64,000 bases of DNA from Nitrospirota bacterium (GTDB taxonomy: Bacteria; Nitrospirota; Nitrospiria; 2-01-FULL-66-17), in the NCBI GenBank assembly GCA_049325295.1, contig JBMOMD010000037.1, forward strand, positions 4,631-68,630. The letters are read 5' to 3'. The notes under the pieces were generated by a model that saw nothing but the letters and a program-made list of their open reading frames with translations, did no database searches and was not told the origin of the DNA. This document shows, one piece after another, positions 10,230-19,692 of the stretch. The first letter of the stretch is position 1, and each line of letters opens with the position of its first letter. The position numbers were made by a program, and so were the translations under genes.

Positions 10230-10898
10230 ATGAAATCAGTACTTTTCTCAATGATTGTCCTTACGTTGTGTCACCCTGCGTGGGCTGGAGAGAGTAAATT
10301 CCTGGTCGTTGCATTTAGCGATCGCCAACACGTCGCCGTGGTGCTCAGGCAGCAAGCAGATTACGTGTCGATGCCTGTCTCGATATCCAGCGGGCAACGA
10401 GACCCGCTGCAGCGGTTTGCCGAGTTGAGGGACGCTAAGGCCGCTGTTTTAAGGAAAGCGCAAGGGAATCCAGACATCGTGATTCATTCGGGCCGGGTCA
10501 CGCTTTCCGCGAAACCTGTGTCGAAGTTGGCTTCGGTTGTGCCGTACTCCAGTGCAGAGTCTGAAGCGGATCTTCACGTCCTCGTTCCTTTTAAAGGTAA
10601 GAATAGAGACGTGTTCGCGTGCGCCGACATTATCCGTCGATTTCTGAATGATCTGACACTCCCGAGCAAAACCAGTATGCAACTGGGGTCCATCCAGCTT
10701 GCGGTTGACAATCCAGAGCAGTATCGCCCGACGCTCGTTCAGATGATCTCTGAGGATGTGACTAGGACTAAGGAGAAAGTGAAGGCCGACGCGAAAGTAC
10801 TCCTATCTGGATTGGAGAGCCCCGTACTCGTCCGGCAGGCTGATGACGAGAATGTTGATCTGTTCATCGACTACGAATTTACGATCGAAACAAAATAG
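10230..10898 (+). CDS. Secreted hypothetical protein (possibly SIMPL/DUF541-like)
   Basis: Signal peptide ending AWA; lower GC; RBS aaaggga. Confidence 0.55.
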   Translation: MKSVLFSMIVLTLCHPAWAGESKFLVVAFSDRQHVAVVLRQQADYVSMPVSISSGQRDPLQRFAELRDAKAAVLRKAQGNPDIVIHSGRVTLSAKPVSKLASVVPYSSAESEADLHVLVPFKGKNRDVFACADIIRRFLNDLTLPSKTSMQLGSIQLAVDNPEQYRPTLVQMISEDVTRTKEKVKADAKVLLSGLESPVLVRQADDENVDLFIDYEFTIETK

Positions 10899-10914
10899 CT
10901 CTTGAACTTGAGCC

Positions 10915-11319
10915 ATGTTCGAGACGGAGGATGTGATGGCTACTTATGGACCAGCTGAAACAGTTAGCCAGTTGATCGACGCGCTCAATAAGGGCAATTT
11001 GGAGGCGGCGTTGGCGTTGTATGAGCCGCAGGCCGTCATGGTTGCGGAGCCGGGAAGGGTGGCGAGTGGGAAGGCGGCGCTGCGCAAGGCGTTGGAGGGG
11101 TTTGTGGCGCTGCGGCCGACGATTCGGAGTGTGAAGCAGGCGGTGGTCGAATCCGGAGACCTTGCGCAGTATTGCGGCGAATGGACGTTGGCGGGGACTG
11201 ATCCCGCCGGCAAGGTCGTGAATATGGCTGGAAAATCGTCCGATGTGCTGCGTAGGCAGAAGAACGGGACCTGGAAGATCGTCGTGGACAATCCTTGGGG
11301 AACCGGCATTTTGGGGTAG
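10915..11319 (+). CDS. YybH/SnoaL-like (NTF2 fold, DUF4440) protein
   Basis: ALNKGNLEAALALYEP and SSDVLRRQKNGTWKIVVDNPWG. The start may be ATG 10936 after GGAGG. Confidence 0.85.
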   Translation: MFETEDVMATYGPAETVSQLIDALNKGNLEAALALYEPQAVMVAEPGRVASGKAALRKALEGFVALRPTIRSVKQAVVESGDLAQYCGEWTLAGTDPAGKVVNMAGKSSDVLRRQKNGTWKIVVDNPWGTGILG

Positions 11320-11421
11320 CCGCCGGGACCAGTTTCGCTGCAACGACGCGCGAAGGACAGTTCGTCTATTTCGAGACGTTTCGCGATCAAGATTTTCCTG
11401 TGGACGCTCGGTGCGGTCGTT

Positions 11422-12381
11422 GTGCTCGGCGTTGTGGGGTACGTCGCGGTTCAGGTTAGTCCGTGGCCGTCGGCGCTGTTTTATCGCGCGCTCATGGACC
11501 GGGGAGGCCGGGCCGCGCACCAGGCCTTGGAACGGTATGTGCCGGCAGGCGTTACAGCGCAGCTTGATGAACGGTACGACCCAGCCGACCGGGATGCTTA
11601 CCTCGACGTGTTCCATCCGGCCCAGGCCGAGCAAACCAATCAGGCGTTACCGACGATCGTGTGGGTACACGGTGGCGGCTGGTTTTCGGGCAGTAAGGAG
11701 CTTGTATCCAACTACCTCAAAATATTGGCCGCCAAGGGCTATCCCACGGTCGGGGTCGGCTACACGCTCGCGCCTGAAGGGAACTATCCGACGCCGGTCC
11801 GGCAGGTCAACGCCGCGTTGGCCTATCTTGGGCAAAACGCGCAGCGCCTGCGCGTGGACCCGTCGCGGCTGATTTTGGCGGGAGATTCGGCGGGTGCGCA
11901 GATCGCGGCGCAACTGGCGAACGTGATCAGTGTCCCGTCGTACGCGCGCGCGGTGGGCGTCGTTCCGGCTGTTGAGCGCTCCCAACTCCGCGGCGCGATC
12001 TTGTATTGCGGGGCGTACGAGCTGGGGTTGGTGGATTTCAACGGAGGCTTCGGCCACTTTCTGCGAACCGCGATGTGGTCGTACAGCGGCAGCAAAGGCT
12101 TCCTCTCGCTTCCGCGGTTGGATCCGTTCTCGGTGCTTCGGTACGTGACCGCGGATTTTCCGCCCGTGTTCATCTCCGCGGGCAATGCCGACCCGCTGTT
12201 GAAGCACTCGCGCGCGTTCGCGGCGGCCGCGGCGAGCCAGGGCGTGACGGTGGACACGCTGTTTTTCCCGGACAACTACGCGCCGGGGTTGCCGCACGAA
12301 TACCAGTTCAATCTCGACACGGACGCGGGCCGATTGGCGCTGGATCGGTCGGTCGAGTTTCTGGCGCGAGTGGCACGGTAA
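11422..12381 (+). CDS. Alpha/beta hydrolase (HSL-family esterase/lipase); true start probably upstream
   Basis: HGGGW, GDSAG and terminal HEYQF motifs; the open frame extends upstream to 11320. Confidence 0.85.
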   Translation: MLGVVGYVAVQVSPWPSALFYRALMDRGGRAAHQALERYVPAGVTAQLDERYDPADRDAYLDVFHPAQAEQTNQALPTIVWVHGGGWFSGSKELVSNYLKILAAKGYPTVGVGYTLAPEGNYPTPVRQVNAALAYLGQNAQRLRVDPSRLILAGDSAGAQIAAQLANVISVPSYARAVGVVPAVERSQLRGAILYCGAYELGLVDFNGGFGHFLRTAMWSYSGSKGFLSLPRLDPFSVLRYVTADFPPVFISAGNADPLLKHSRAFAAAAASQGVTVDTLFFPDNYAPGLPHEYQFNLDTDAGRLALDRSVEFLARVAR

Positions 12382-12456
12382 GCACATGGTCCACAGGTGT
12401 TTCTTCGCGATCCGGATCACAATCTGCTCGCGCTGATGAGCGAGGTCCGGCCGTGA
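12382..12456 (+). pseudogene. Remnant of the 3' end of a VOC/glyoxalase gene
   Basis: Reads VFLRDPDHNLLALMSEVRP*, the typical VOC C-terminus, with no N-terminal part. Confidence 0.55.
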
Positions 12457-12511
12457 CGGATTCCGAGTAAGCGACTGCACGTTTCGATATCATCGCCATG
12501 AAGGAGGTTTT

Positions 12512-13552
12512 GTGATGTCTGTATCGAACACGTTCCTGATCTGTACGCGAGGGAAGGATCGGTCTGGGAGGTTTAGCGCCGAGCCCGGGGACACGTCGTT
12601 CTTGCGGGTACCGGCGTCCAAACGCGGATATGACGGGAGTGATGTGATTTCGCGGGACCGATGGACCAAGCTGGTCATCGGGGCGGCCGACGGCAAGGAG
12701 GACGAGGTCACCGGGACGACCGGCGACATTCTGTTTTTCGTTCACGGCTACAACAACGACATTCGCACGGTCTTGTGGCGGACGCGCACGCTCCAGCAGA
12801 CGCTCACCGCGCAGGGATGGAAGGGATTGGTGGTGGGGTTTGATTGGCCGAGCGACAATTCCACGCTGAACTATCTGGAAGATCGCAACGACGCGTCGAA
12901 CGTGGCGGGTCGTCTGGTCGACGAGGCGCTGCAGATTCTGATCAACGCGCAATTTCCGAACAACGCGGGCACGCCGGTCTGTACCCTCAACGTGCACCTG
13001 TTGGGGCACTCGACCGGCGCCTACGTCATCATGGAGGCGTTTGCGCAATCGGCCAAGAAAGGCGCGTTCTACAAAAAACCCTGGCGCATCGCGCAGGTGG
13101 CGTTCATCGGCGGCGACGTGGCGAGCGGCTCGCTCGCGGAGTCGTCGGATTGGGCCAGGCCCATGTTCGACCGGATTTTCCGGCTCACCAACTACTCGAA
13201 CCGATTCGACAAGGTCCTGGGCGTCTCGAACATGAAACGATTCGGGACCGCGCCCCGCGTGGGCCGCATCGGGTTGCCGGACAAGTCGCCGCGCAAAGCG
13301 GTGAACGTGGACTGTTCGAATTATTTCTCCGAGAAGGACCCGTCGCGCTCGTCGTTCGTGGGCACGTTCAATCATTCCTGGCACATCGGGGACCCCGAGT
13401 TCGCGCTCGATCTGGCGATGACGTTGGAAGGCGGCATCGACCGCGAGGCGATCCCGACGCGGCGGTGTATCGACGGGCAGTGGATGTTGGTGAGCGGACG
13501 GCAGCGCCCGGCGTTCCAATCGCGCTGGGATGAAGAGCGCCCGGTGCCGTGA
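12512..13552 (+). CDS. DUF900-family alpha/beta hydrolase
   Basis: FFVHGYNN, GFDWPS and LGHSTG motifs; AAGGAGG RBS. Confidence 0.8.
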   Translation: MMSVSNTFLICTRGKDRSGRFSAEPGDTSFLRVPASKRGYDGSDVISRDRWTKLVIGAADGKEDEVTGTTGDILFFVHGYNNDIRTVLWRTRTLQQTLTAQGWKGLVVGFDWPSDNSTLNYLEDRNDASNVAGRLVDEALQILINAQFPNNAGTPVCTLNVHLLGHSTGAYVIMEAFAQSAKKGAFYKKPWRIAQVAFIGGDVASGSLAESSDWARPMFDRIFRLTNYSNRFDKVLGVSNMKRFGTAPRVGRIGLPDKSPRKAVNVDCSNYFSEKDPSRSSFVGTFNHSWHIGDPEFALDLAMTLEGGIDREAIPTRRCIDGQWMLVSGRQRPAFQSRWDEERPVP

Positions 13553-14466
13553 CGCCGATCCCGTCCGTCCCTCACGCGGGCCCGGCGCGTCCGGGGACCC
13601 CGCGCGTGCGCCAACTGATCGCCCTGCTGTGGGCATTGGTGATCGCGTACGCCGCGGTCAGCGCGGTGATGTTTGCGGTGAATCCGGCCCGCCAGATCCT
13701 GGTGTTGATCGTCGCAAGCGTCACGATGGCCGTCGTTCATGGCGCGATGCGGTACGGCCTCACGGACGCGCTGGTGTTCCTCGCGTGGTTTTCGGTGGGC
13801 GGCTTCGCGGTGGAGAACCTCAGCGTGGCCGCCGGACCTCCCTTCGGCCTGTACCACTTCACCAACGCCTTCGACATGCCCATGATCGGCCGCGTCCCGC
13901 TCGACGTGGGCGTGATGTACTTCGCGATGGGCTATCACGCGTGGGTGGTCGGCAACATTTTGCTGGACAAGGCCGACGCGCGGTTGGCCCACCGGTTCAA
14001 CCGGATCGCCCTGCCCGTGGTCGCGGCGTTCGTGATGGTGATGTGGGGCGTGGTGGTGGATCCCGGCAGCGCCACGATCCTGCGCGTCTGGATCTGGCAC
14101 AACGGCGGCGGCTACTTCGGGGTTCCGCTGATCAACTATCTGGGCTGGTACGTGGTCGTGTACGTGTTTTTCCAGGGCTTCGCGTGGTACCTGGCCGCTC
14201 GCTCCGACCGTGCGCCGATCCGGTCACACGATCCGGGCCCGAGCTACTGGCTCCCGCCCGTGGTGCTCTACCTGCTCGTGGCCGCGGGCGCCGTGGCGCT
14301 GTACGTGGTGTCGCCGGACACCGAACACGCCGATGCCGTGGGCTACGTGTGGCGCAGCAAGGACATCTACGAAACCGCCGTCATCGTCAGCCTCTTCACC
14401 ATGGGATTCGCGGGCGTGATGGCGGTCCTGCGACTCTTCCAGCCGCGGCCTGACAACATCCGATGA
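13549..14466 (+). CDS. Carotenoid biosynthesis CruF-like membrane protein (DUF422)
   Basis: ENLSV...PFGLYHF, VDP and WIW...GGYFGVPLINYLGW motifs. Confidence 0.75.
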   Translation: MTPIPSVPHAGPARPGTPRVRQLIALLWALVIAYAAVSAVMFAVNPARQILVLIVASVTMAVVHGAMRYGLTDALVFLAWFSVGGFAVENLSVAAGPPFGLYHFTNAFDMPMIGRVPLDVGVMYFAMGYHAWVVGNILLDKADARLAHRFNRIALPVVAAFVMVMWGVVVDPGSATILRVWIWHNGGGYFGVPLINYLGWYVVVYVFFQGFAWYLAARSDRAPIRSHDPGPSYWLPPVVLYLLVAAGAVALYVVSPDTEHADAVGYVWRSKDIYETAVIVSLFTMGFAGVMAVLRLFQPRPDNIR

Positions 14467-14473
14467 CCAGCGG

Positions 14474-15001
14474 TCAGCCGTCCGATCCCGACGGCGAGAA
14501 GTCGCGAAGCACCGCCGGCCTCCACGCGGACTTCGTCACCCGCCAGGTTCCGCGTTCTTCGACGAACATCAAATCGAATCGATACAGATCCGCGCGCAGG
14601 GCGGGGAGGTCGTCCACGCTTGGTATCGGGCGGCCCGCCATGGCGACAAACACCGTGGCCGTGGCGTGAGGCGGTTGCGCGTCCACGCGGTCGATCCGGG
14701 TCAGCAGATGGATCGAGTCATGCCGGCGAAATTGCATGAAGAGCAAACCGAGGATCGCGCGTTGGTCCTGGCCCGCCTCATCGCGATACCTGTCGGAGAG
14801 CAGGTCCTTCAGTCCGCCCAGGTCCTTGGCTTCCGCGAGCGTTTCGGCGCGCGTGATGGCAGCGCGGATCTTGCCTTCCGGCGAGTCGTCCCCGGATCGG
14901 CACGACGCCGCGCTCGCGACCAGGAGCGCCAATCCAACCATCGCGAACAGCCGACGGCCGACGCGTCGTTCGTTGGGCCGGGATCGCAATCGGTTCATCA
15001 T
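14474..15001 (-). CDS. Hypothetical lipoprotein (NTF2-like)
   Basis: Signal peptide with Cys (ASAASC); DLGGLKDLLSDRYRD and WRVTKSAW. Confidence 0.65.
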   Translation of the reverse strand: MMNRLRSRPNERRVGRRLFAMVGLALLVASAASCRSGDDSPEGKIRAAITRAETLAEAKDLGGLKDLLSDRYRDEAGQDQRAILGLLFMQFRRHDSIHLLTRIDRVDAQPPHATATVFVAMAGRPIPSVDDLPALRADLYRFDLMFVEERGTWRVTKSAWRPAVLRDFSPSGSDG

Positions 15002-15078
15002 CCACCAGTGTAGCGCGGCCCGGGCGATCGGGCGCTTTCTTTCGCGGTTTGCGCTGCCGTATCATGGGGCGGACGACC

Positions 15079-15417
15079 ATGACGTTTTCCACCGCATTCA
15101 AGGTGTCCGGCGTGTTCCTGCTCGCCCTGGGGGCGGAACTCTTGGCCGCCTATTTTTTGTTTTCGAACTACGCCTATGACCTGGCCGACACCGGGGAATA
15201 CACGGTCGAGGAAGCGTATACGACCGGCCCGATCGGGTCCGCGGCCACGATGTTCTACGTCCTCCTCGGCGTGACCGCGGCCGCCGGGTTGGTTCCGCCG
15301 TTCATCGCCGCGGTCTCGTTCGCGTTCGGGCGACGCGACGCCAGGAGCCCGAACGCCGGCGAGTCACCGCGTGTGATGCCCCCGGCCCACCCCGATCACA
15401 TTGACAGCATTCGGTAA
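15079..15417 (+). CDS. Small hypothetical membrane protein
   Basis: Two TM segments and GC-rich third codon positions. Confidence 0.5.
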   Translation: MTFSTAFKVSGVFLLALGAELLAAYFLFSNYAYDLADTGEYTVEEAYTTGPIGSAATMFYVLLGVTAAAGLVPPFIAAVSFAFGRRDARSPNAGESPRVMPPAHPDHIDSIR

Positions 15418-15663
15418 TTTGTTAGGTTGAGAGGACCCCGCTCGATCGTCGATCGGGGGAGATGGACGGTGTAATCCCACCTTCGGATGTCCTGATTCGC
15501 GGGTTCCCGTTGTCTTGGAGGACACGGGGTGCGGGTGGTGGGTGACAGGCGATCCTGACCGGATTTTACTCGTACGGGGAAATTTCGCCGTTTACGCCCA
15601 GCGCGACCTGCGAGTTGCACAATCAGACCATGACGGTGACGACCCTCTCCGAGCGGTGAGATC

Positions 15664-17805
15664 GTGGACGACCACAGTCTGCTGAAACGTCAACTCAAGC
15701 GTCACTTTGGGGCGCCGGTTCCGGTCTCCCCGGATTGGCGGGCGTTTCTCGACGCCGTCAACACCGCGTACCGCGAATTCGACGCGGACCGGGCGATGCT
15801 CGAGCGGTCGCTCGATTTGAGCTCGCGGGAGTTGCTCCAGGCCAACTCGGAGATGCGGGCAATGTTCGAGGCGTTCCCGGATCTGTTTTTCCGCCTCGAC
15901 TCCGAGGGCGTGATCCTCGACTACAAAGCCGGTCGCGATCCCGACGTGTTTCCGGGTCCCGAAGACCTGATCGGCAAACGCATCCAAGACCTGCCGCTCC
16001 TCTCGGCGGGGAAGGCGTTCGCCGAGGGAATCCGGCGGGTTCGGGAGACCAAGTCCGTCGTCAGCGTGGACTCCTCGGTCGTGATCCGACACCAGGAGGT
16101 CTTTTTCGAAGCCAGATTATTGCCCGTGTTTTCCGATCAGATCTTCGTCATCGTGCGGAATATCACCGAACGCAAACGCGCGGAGATCGAAATCCGGCGA
16201 CTCAACATCGAACTGGAGCAGCGGGTGATCGGACGCACCGAGGAGTTGGCGCGATCGGTGTCGTTGCTGACCGCGACCTTTGAGGGCGTGGCGGACGGCA
16301 TCTTCGTGGTGGACAACGCGCGAATGATCGTGAGCTGGAATCAACGGTTTGTCGAGATGTGGCGCGTTCCGAGCGGCGTCTTGGCGCGGCGGGACGTGGA
16401 CGAAACGTTGACCCACATGCTGAATCAGCTCCATCCCCCCGACGCACTGCGGGACGTCTTTCAGGTGTCGGACGCGCAGCGGGACGCCGACAGCGCCGAC
16501 CTATTGGAATTTCGGGACGGCCGCGTAGTCGAATGCTCCTCGCGCCCGCAACGCATCGGCGGCGTGAGCGTGGGCCGCGTCTGGAGTTTTCGCGATATCA
16601 CGGAGCGCAAACGCGCCCAGGAGGCCTTGGCCGAGCAGGCGGTTCGCGACGTGTTGACCGATCTGTACAACCGTCGCTACTTCAATCAGCGGATGGACGA
16701 GGAAATCACGCGGGCCGACGTCCAGCGTCGGTCCCTGGCGATTTTGTTGTGCGATCTGGACCATTTTAAGGCCATCAACGACACGTTGGGACATCACGTC
16801 GGCGACGAGGTGCTCAAGACCGTGGCTCGGAACATTCGGGCCGCGCTTCGAGGAACCGATATGGTTTTCCGGTGGGGCGGCGACGAGGTCGTGGTCGTGC
16901 TCGAATACGAGACGCGGGAGGGGCTGCTGATCGCGGCGGATCGTATCCGGGCCGGGGTGCGGAAAATCAAGGAGTCCATGGGCCAGCGGCTCGACCTGAG
17001 TATCGGCGTGGCGGTGTATCCGGAGCACGGGCGGAGCCTCGACGAGTTGATTCGGTTGGCGGATCGCGCGCTGTACATCGCGAAGAAGGGGGGCGGGAAG
17101 GTCCACATCGGGGAAGAGGAATATCATCTCAACGACCAAGCCGTCGCCGTGGTGTTCCAACCGATCGTCGATGTCCGGACCCACGGCATCATCGCGTATG
17201 AGGCGCTCAGTCGGGATCCGCAGGGCAAGCTGGGGATCCTGGAGTTGTTTAAGCGGTACGAGGCGATCGGCCAGCTCGACGAACTGAAGCGCATCTGTTT
17301 CCGCACGCAACTGCAGACGGCTCAAGCGGTGGGGTTGGACCGCGTCTTCATCAACGTGAATTTCAGCGTCATCGGCGCGATGGAGTGCCTGCCCAAACCG
17401 CCGGGCATGCAGGTGGTGCTGGAAATTTCCGAACTCGAGGCCCTCCACGACGTGGCCAAACATCTCGAGATCACCAAACGGTGGCGCGCGCAGGGGTTCG
17501 AGTTCGCGATCGACGACTTCGGCGCGGGCTTCGTCTCATTCCCCTTTATCGCCGAGGCGATTCCTGAATACATCAAGATGGATCGGTCCACGCTCTTGAA
17601 GGCCGTGTCGTCGCCGAAGTTCAGGCTGTTCTCGAAGGACTTGGTGCGGGCCATCCGGAACTATGCGCCCCACGGGATCATCGCCGAAGGGATTGAAACC
17701 GACCACGAACTGGACGTCGCCATGGAATTGGGTATCGATCTCGTTCAAGGGTACCGGTTCGGGAAACCCCAGCCGCTCTTTCGAAACGATCAGCGCGCGG
17801 CCTGA
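15664..17805 (+). CDS. PAS-PAS-GGDEF-EAL diguanylate cyclase/phosphodiesterase
   Basis: Two PAS/PAC regions (RNITERK, RDITERK), DLDHFK, RxxD I-site, RWGGDEV, YEALSR, IDDFGAG, AEGIET and QGY. Confidence 0.92.
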   Translation: MDDHSLLKRQLKRHFGAPVPVSPDWRAFLDAVNTAYREFDADRAMLERSLDLSSRELLQANSEMRAMFEAFPDLFFRLDSEGVILDYKAGRDPDVFPGPEDLIGKRIQDLPLLSAGKAFAEGIRRVRETKSVVSVDSSVVIRHQEVFFEARLLPVFSDQIFVIVRNITERKRAEIEIRRLNIELEQRVIGRTEELARSVSLLTATFEGVADGIFVVDNARMIVSWNQRFVEMWRVPSGVLARRDVDETLTHMLNQLHPPDALRDVFQVSDAQRDADSADLLEFRDGRVVECSSRPQRIGGVSVGRVWSFRDITERKRAQEALAEQAVRDVLTDLYNRRYFNQRMDEEITRADVQRRSLAILLCDLDHFKAINDTLGHHVGDEVLKTVARNIRAALRGTDMVFRWGGDEVVVVLEYETREGLLIAADRIRAGVRKIKESMGQRLDLSIGVAVYPEHGRSLDELIRLADRALYIAKKGGGKVHIGEEEYHLNDQAVAVVFQPIVDVRTHGIIAYEALSRDPQGKLGILELFKRYEAIGQLDELKRICFRTQLQTAQAVGLDRVFINVNFSVIGAMECLPKPPGMQVVLEISELEALHDVAKHLEITKRWRAQGFEFAIDDFGAGFVSFPFIAEAIPEYIKMDRSTLLKAVSSPKFRLFSKDLVRAIRNYAPHGIIAEGIETDHELDVAMELGIDLVQGYRFGKPQPLFRNDQRAA

Positions 17806-17930
17806 TCCCGAACGAGCGTCAGTCCGCGCGAATGACGTCCCGGCTCGACCCATCGAGCCAGTGGCGTCCATCCGGTGAATAACTCGTTGAGATCCGCGTC
17901 GGTCTGGGTGGGACGACGCCTGAAACGGCC

Positions 17931-17958
17931 TTGACAGCGAGACGGGCGTCGTCATAAT
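17931..17958 (+). promoter_or_regulatory. Sigma70-like promoter of smbP
   Basis: TTGACA-16 bp-CATAAT. Confidence 0.5.
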
Positions 17959-18040
17959 CTCGCGCTGGCGCATCAGGGCGTATGACAGCGATGTGGAACG
18001 CCGACGCGGCAGCGGGTTTCTCACAACAGGAGGTTGGTCC

Positions 18041-18394
18041 ATGAACAAGCGGATTGGTCTGTCAGGGATGGTGTTGGCGGCGGTCGTCGGTTTGATCGGC
18101 GCGCCCATTATGCAGTCCGTCGCCGTGGCGGGCGGTGGGACCGCGGCTGACGCGCTGGCGGAAGCCAAACAAGCGGTCGAGCACGGCTCGGCGGGGCACG
18201 GCGACGTGCTGGTCAAACATGCCGAGGCCGCGTTGAAACTCGCCCAAGGCGCCCAGGAGCATACCAAGAGTCCGCACCTGGATGGGGCGGTCAAGGAGCT
18301 TGAACAGGCCGTGTCGCACGGCAAGGCCGGGCATGCGGATGTGGCGACCAAACATGCCGAGGAAGCCATCAAGCATTTGAGCGAAGTGAAATAA
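18041..18394 (+). CDS. smbP: Small metal-binding protein SmbP
   Basis: Signal peptide plus His-rich heptad helices (EHGSAGHGDVLVKHAEAAL, HGKAGHADVATKHAEEAIKHL) resembling Nitrosomonas SmbP; AGGAGG RBS. Confidence 0.85.
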   Translation: MNKRIGLSGMVLAAVVGLIGAPIMQSVAVAGGGTAADALAEAKQAVEHGSAGHGDVLVKHAEAALKLAQGAQEHTKSPHLDGAVKELEQAVSHGKAGHADVATKHAEEAIKHLSEVK

Positions 18395-18418
18395 CCGCGA
18401 TCACCCGCGGGGTTGTCG

Positions 18419-18452
18419 GAACGGGCAGGGGTCTCCCTGCCCGTTCTTTTTT
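18419..18452 (+). terminator. Rho-independent terminator
   Basis: gaacgggcaggg/ccctgcccgttc stem followed by a T-run. Confidence 0.8.
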
Positions 18453-18507
18453 CGAAAGCACGCGCGTATTTGCGCGTCTCACCGCGCAACGCGCGTGCCT
18501 CCGCGCG

Positions 18508-18536
18508 TTGCAAAACCCATTGAAATACTTTATGAT
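18508..18536 (+). promoter_or_regulatory. Sigma70-like promoter of the pheA operon
   Basis: TTGCAA-17 bp-TATGAT. Confidence 0.5.
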
Positions 18537-18610
18537 ATGACACTTTTCGCGCGGCCATTCCCTGCGGATGGACCGAGTTGAACACGCTTCGCACGGGGGT
18601 CCCAATCGTC

Positions 18611-19681
18611 GTGGACAAGAGCTTGCAATCGCTTCGCACCCGGATCGATGAGATCGACGATACGATCCTCGGTCTGTTGAACCGCCGCGCCGAGATCGTC
18701 ACCGAGGTGGGACGGATCAAACGCGATCAGCAGGCCCAAGCGCACGCGCCGCGGCGGGAGCAGGAGATCCTCGAACGCTTGGAGCGCCAGAACCCCGGCC
18801 CGTTTCCCAACGACGGCATGCGCGCGGTGTTCCGCGAGATCATGTCCGCGTCGCTGGCCCTCGAACAGCCGTTGAAGGTGGCGTACCTGGGGCCGCCGGG
18901 CACGTTTACGCACGTGGCGTGTTTGAAGCAATTCGGGGCGTCGGCCGCCGCGATGGCGGTCAACAGCATCAAGGACGTCTTCAGCGAGGTGGAGCGCGGC
19001 CGCGCGGATTACGGCGTGGTGCCGATCGAGAATTCCACCGAGGGCGTGGTGACGCACACGCTGGATTTGCTCGCCGAGTCACAGCTCAAGATCGCGGGCG
19101 AGATCGTGCAGGAAATCTCGCACTACCTGCTGTCGCGGTCGGGCGCGCTCGCGGACGTCAAACGCATCTACTCGCATCCGCAAGCCCTCGCCCAGTGCCG
19201 AGGCTGGCTGGCCCAGCACGTGCCCAACATTCCGGTCGTGGAGGTGTACAGCACCGCGCGCGCCGCGGAAATGTGCCGCGACGAACCCGAGGCCGCCGCG
19301 ATCGCGTCGGAGGTGGCGGCCAGACTCTATGGATTGGCCGTGATCCAGAAGCGCATCGAGGACAACCCGAACAACACCACGCGGTTTTTGCTCATCGCGC
19401 CGCGCTCGCCCGAACGGACCGGCCGGGACAAGACCTCGGTGATGGTGTCGGTCCAGGACCGGGTGGGCGCGTTGTACGACATGCTCAAACCCTTCGCGGA
19501 ATTCGGACTCAGTCTGACCAAGATCGAGTCGCGGCCGTCGCGACGCAAGGCATGGGAGTACTTCTTTTACATCGACGTCGAGGGACACGTGGACGACGAG
19601 CCGGTCAAGAAGGCGTTGGAAGGGTTGCGCCCGCACTGCCAGGTGCTCAAGGTCCTCGGCTCATACCCTCGCACCGCGTGA
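18611..19681 (+). CDS. pheA: Chorismate mutase/prephenate dehydratase (P-protein)
   Basis: LRTRIDEID, AYLGPPGTF, VPIENSTEG, SHPQALAQC, NTTRF and KIESRPS motifs. The start (GTG 18611 or TTG 18578) is uncertain. Confidence 0.95.
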   Translation: MDKSLQSLRTRIDEIDDTILGLLNRRAEIVTEVGRIKRDQQAQAHAPRREQEILERLERQNPGPFPNDGMRAVFREIMSASLALEQPLKVAYLGPPGTFTHVACLKQFGASAAAMAVNSIKDVFSEVERGRADYGVVPIENSTEGVVTHTLDLLAESQLKIAGEIVQEISHYLLSRSGALADVKRIYSHPQALAQCRGWLAQHVPNIPVVEVYSTARAAEMCRDEPEAAAIASEVAARLYGLAVIQKRIEDNPNNTTRFLLIAPRSPERTGRDKTSVMVSVQDRVGALYDMLKPFAEFGLSLTKIESRPSRRKAWEYFFYIDVEGHVDDEPVKKALEGLRPHCQVLKVLGSYPRTA

Positions 19682-19692
19682 GTCGAACAGCC

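Noticed and set aside
15418-15663. Possible c-di-GMP riboswitch upstream of the GGDEF-EAL gene
   Set aside because: No GEMM-type conserved motifs are recognisable.
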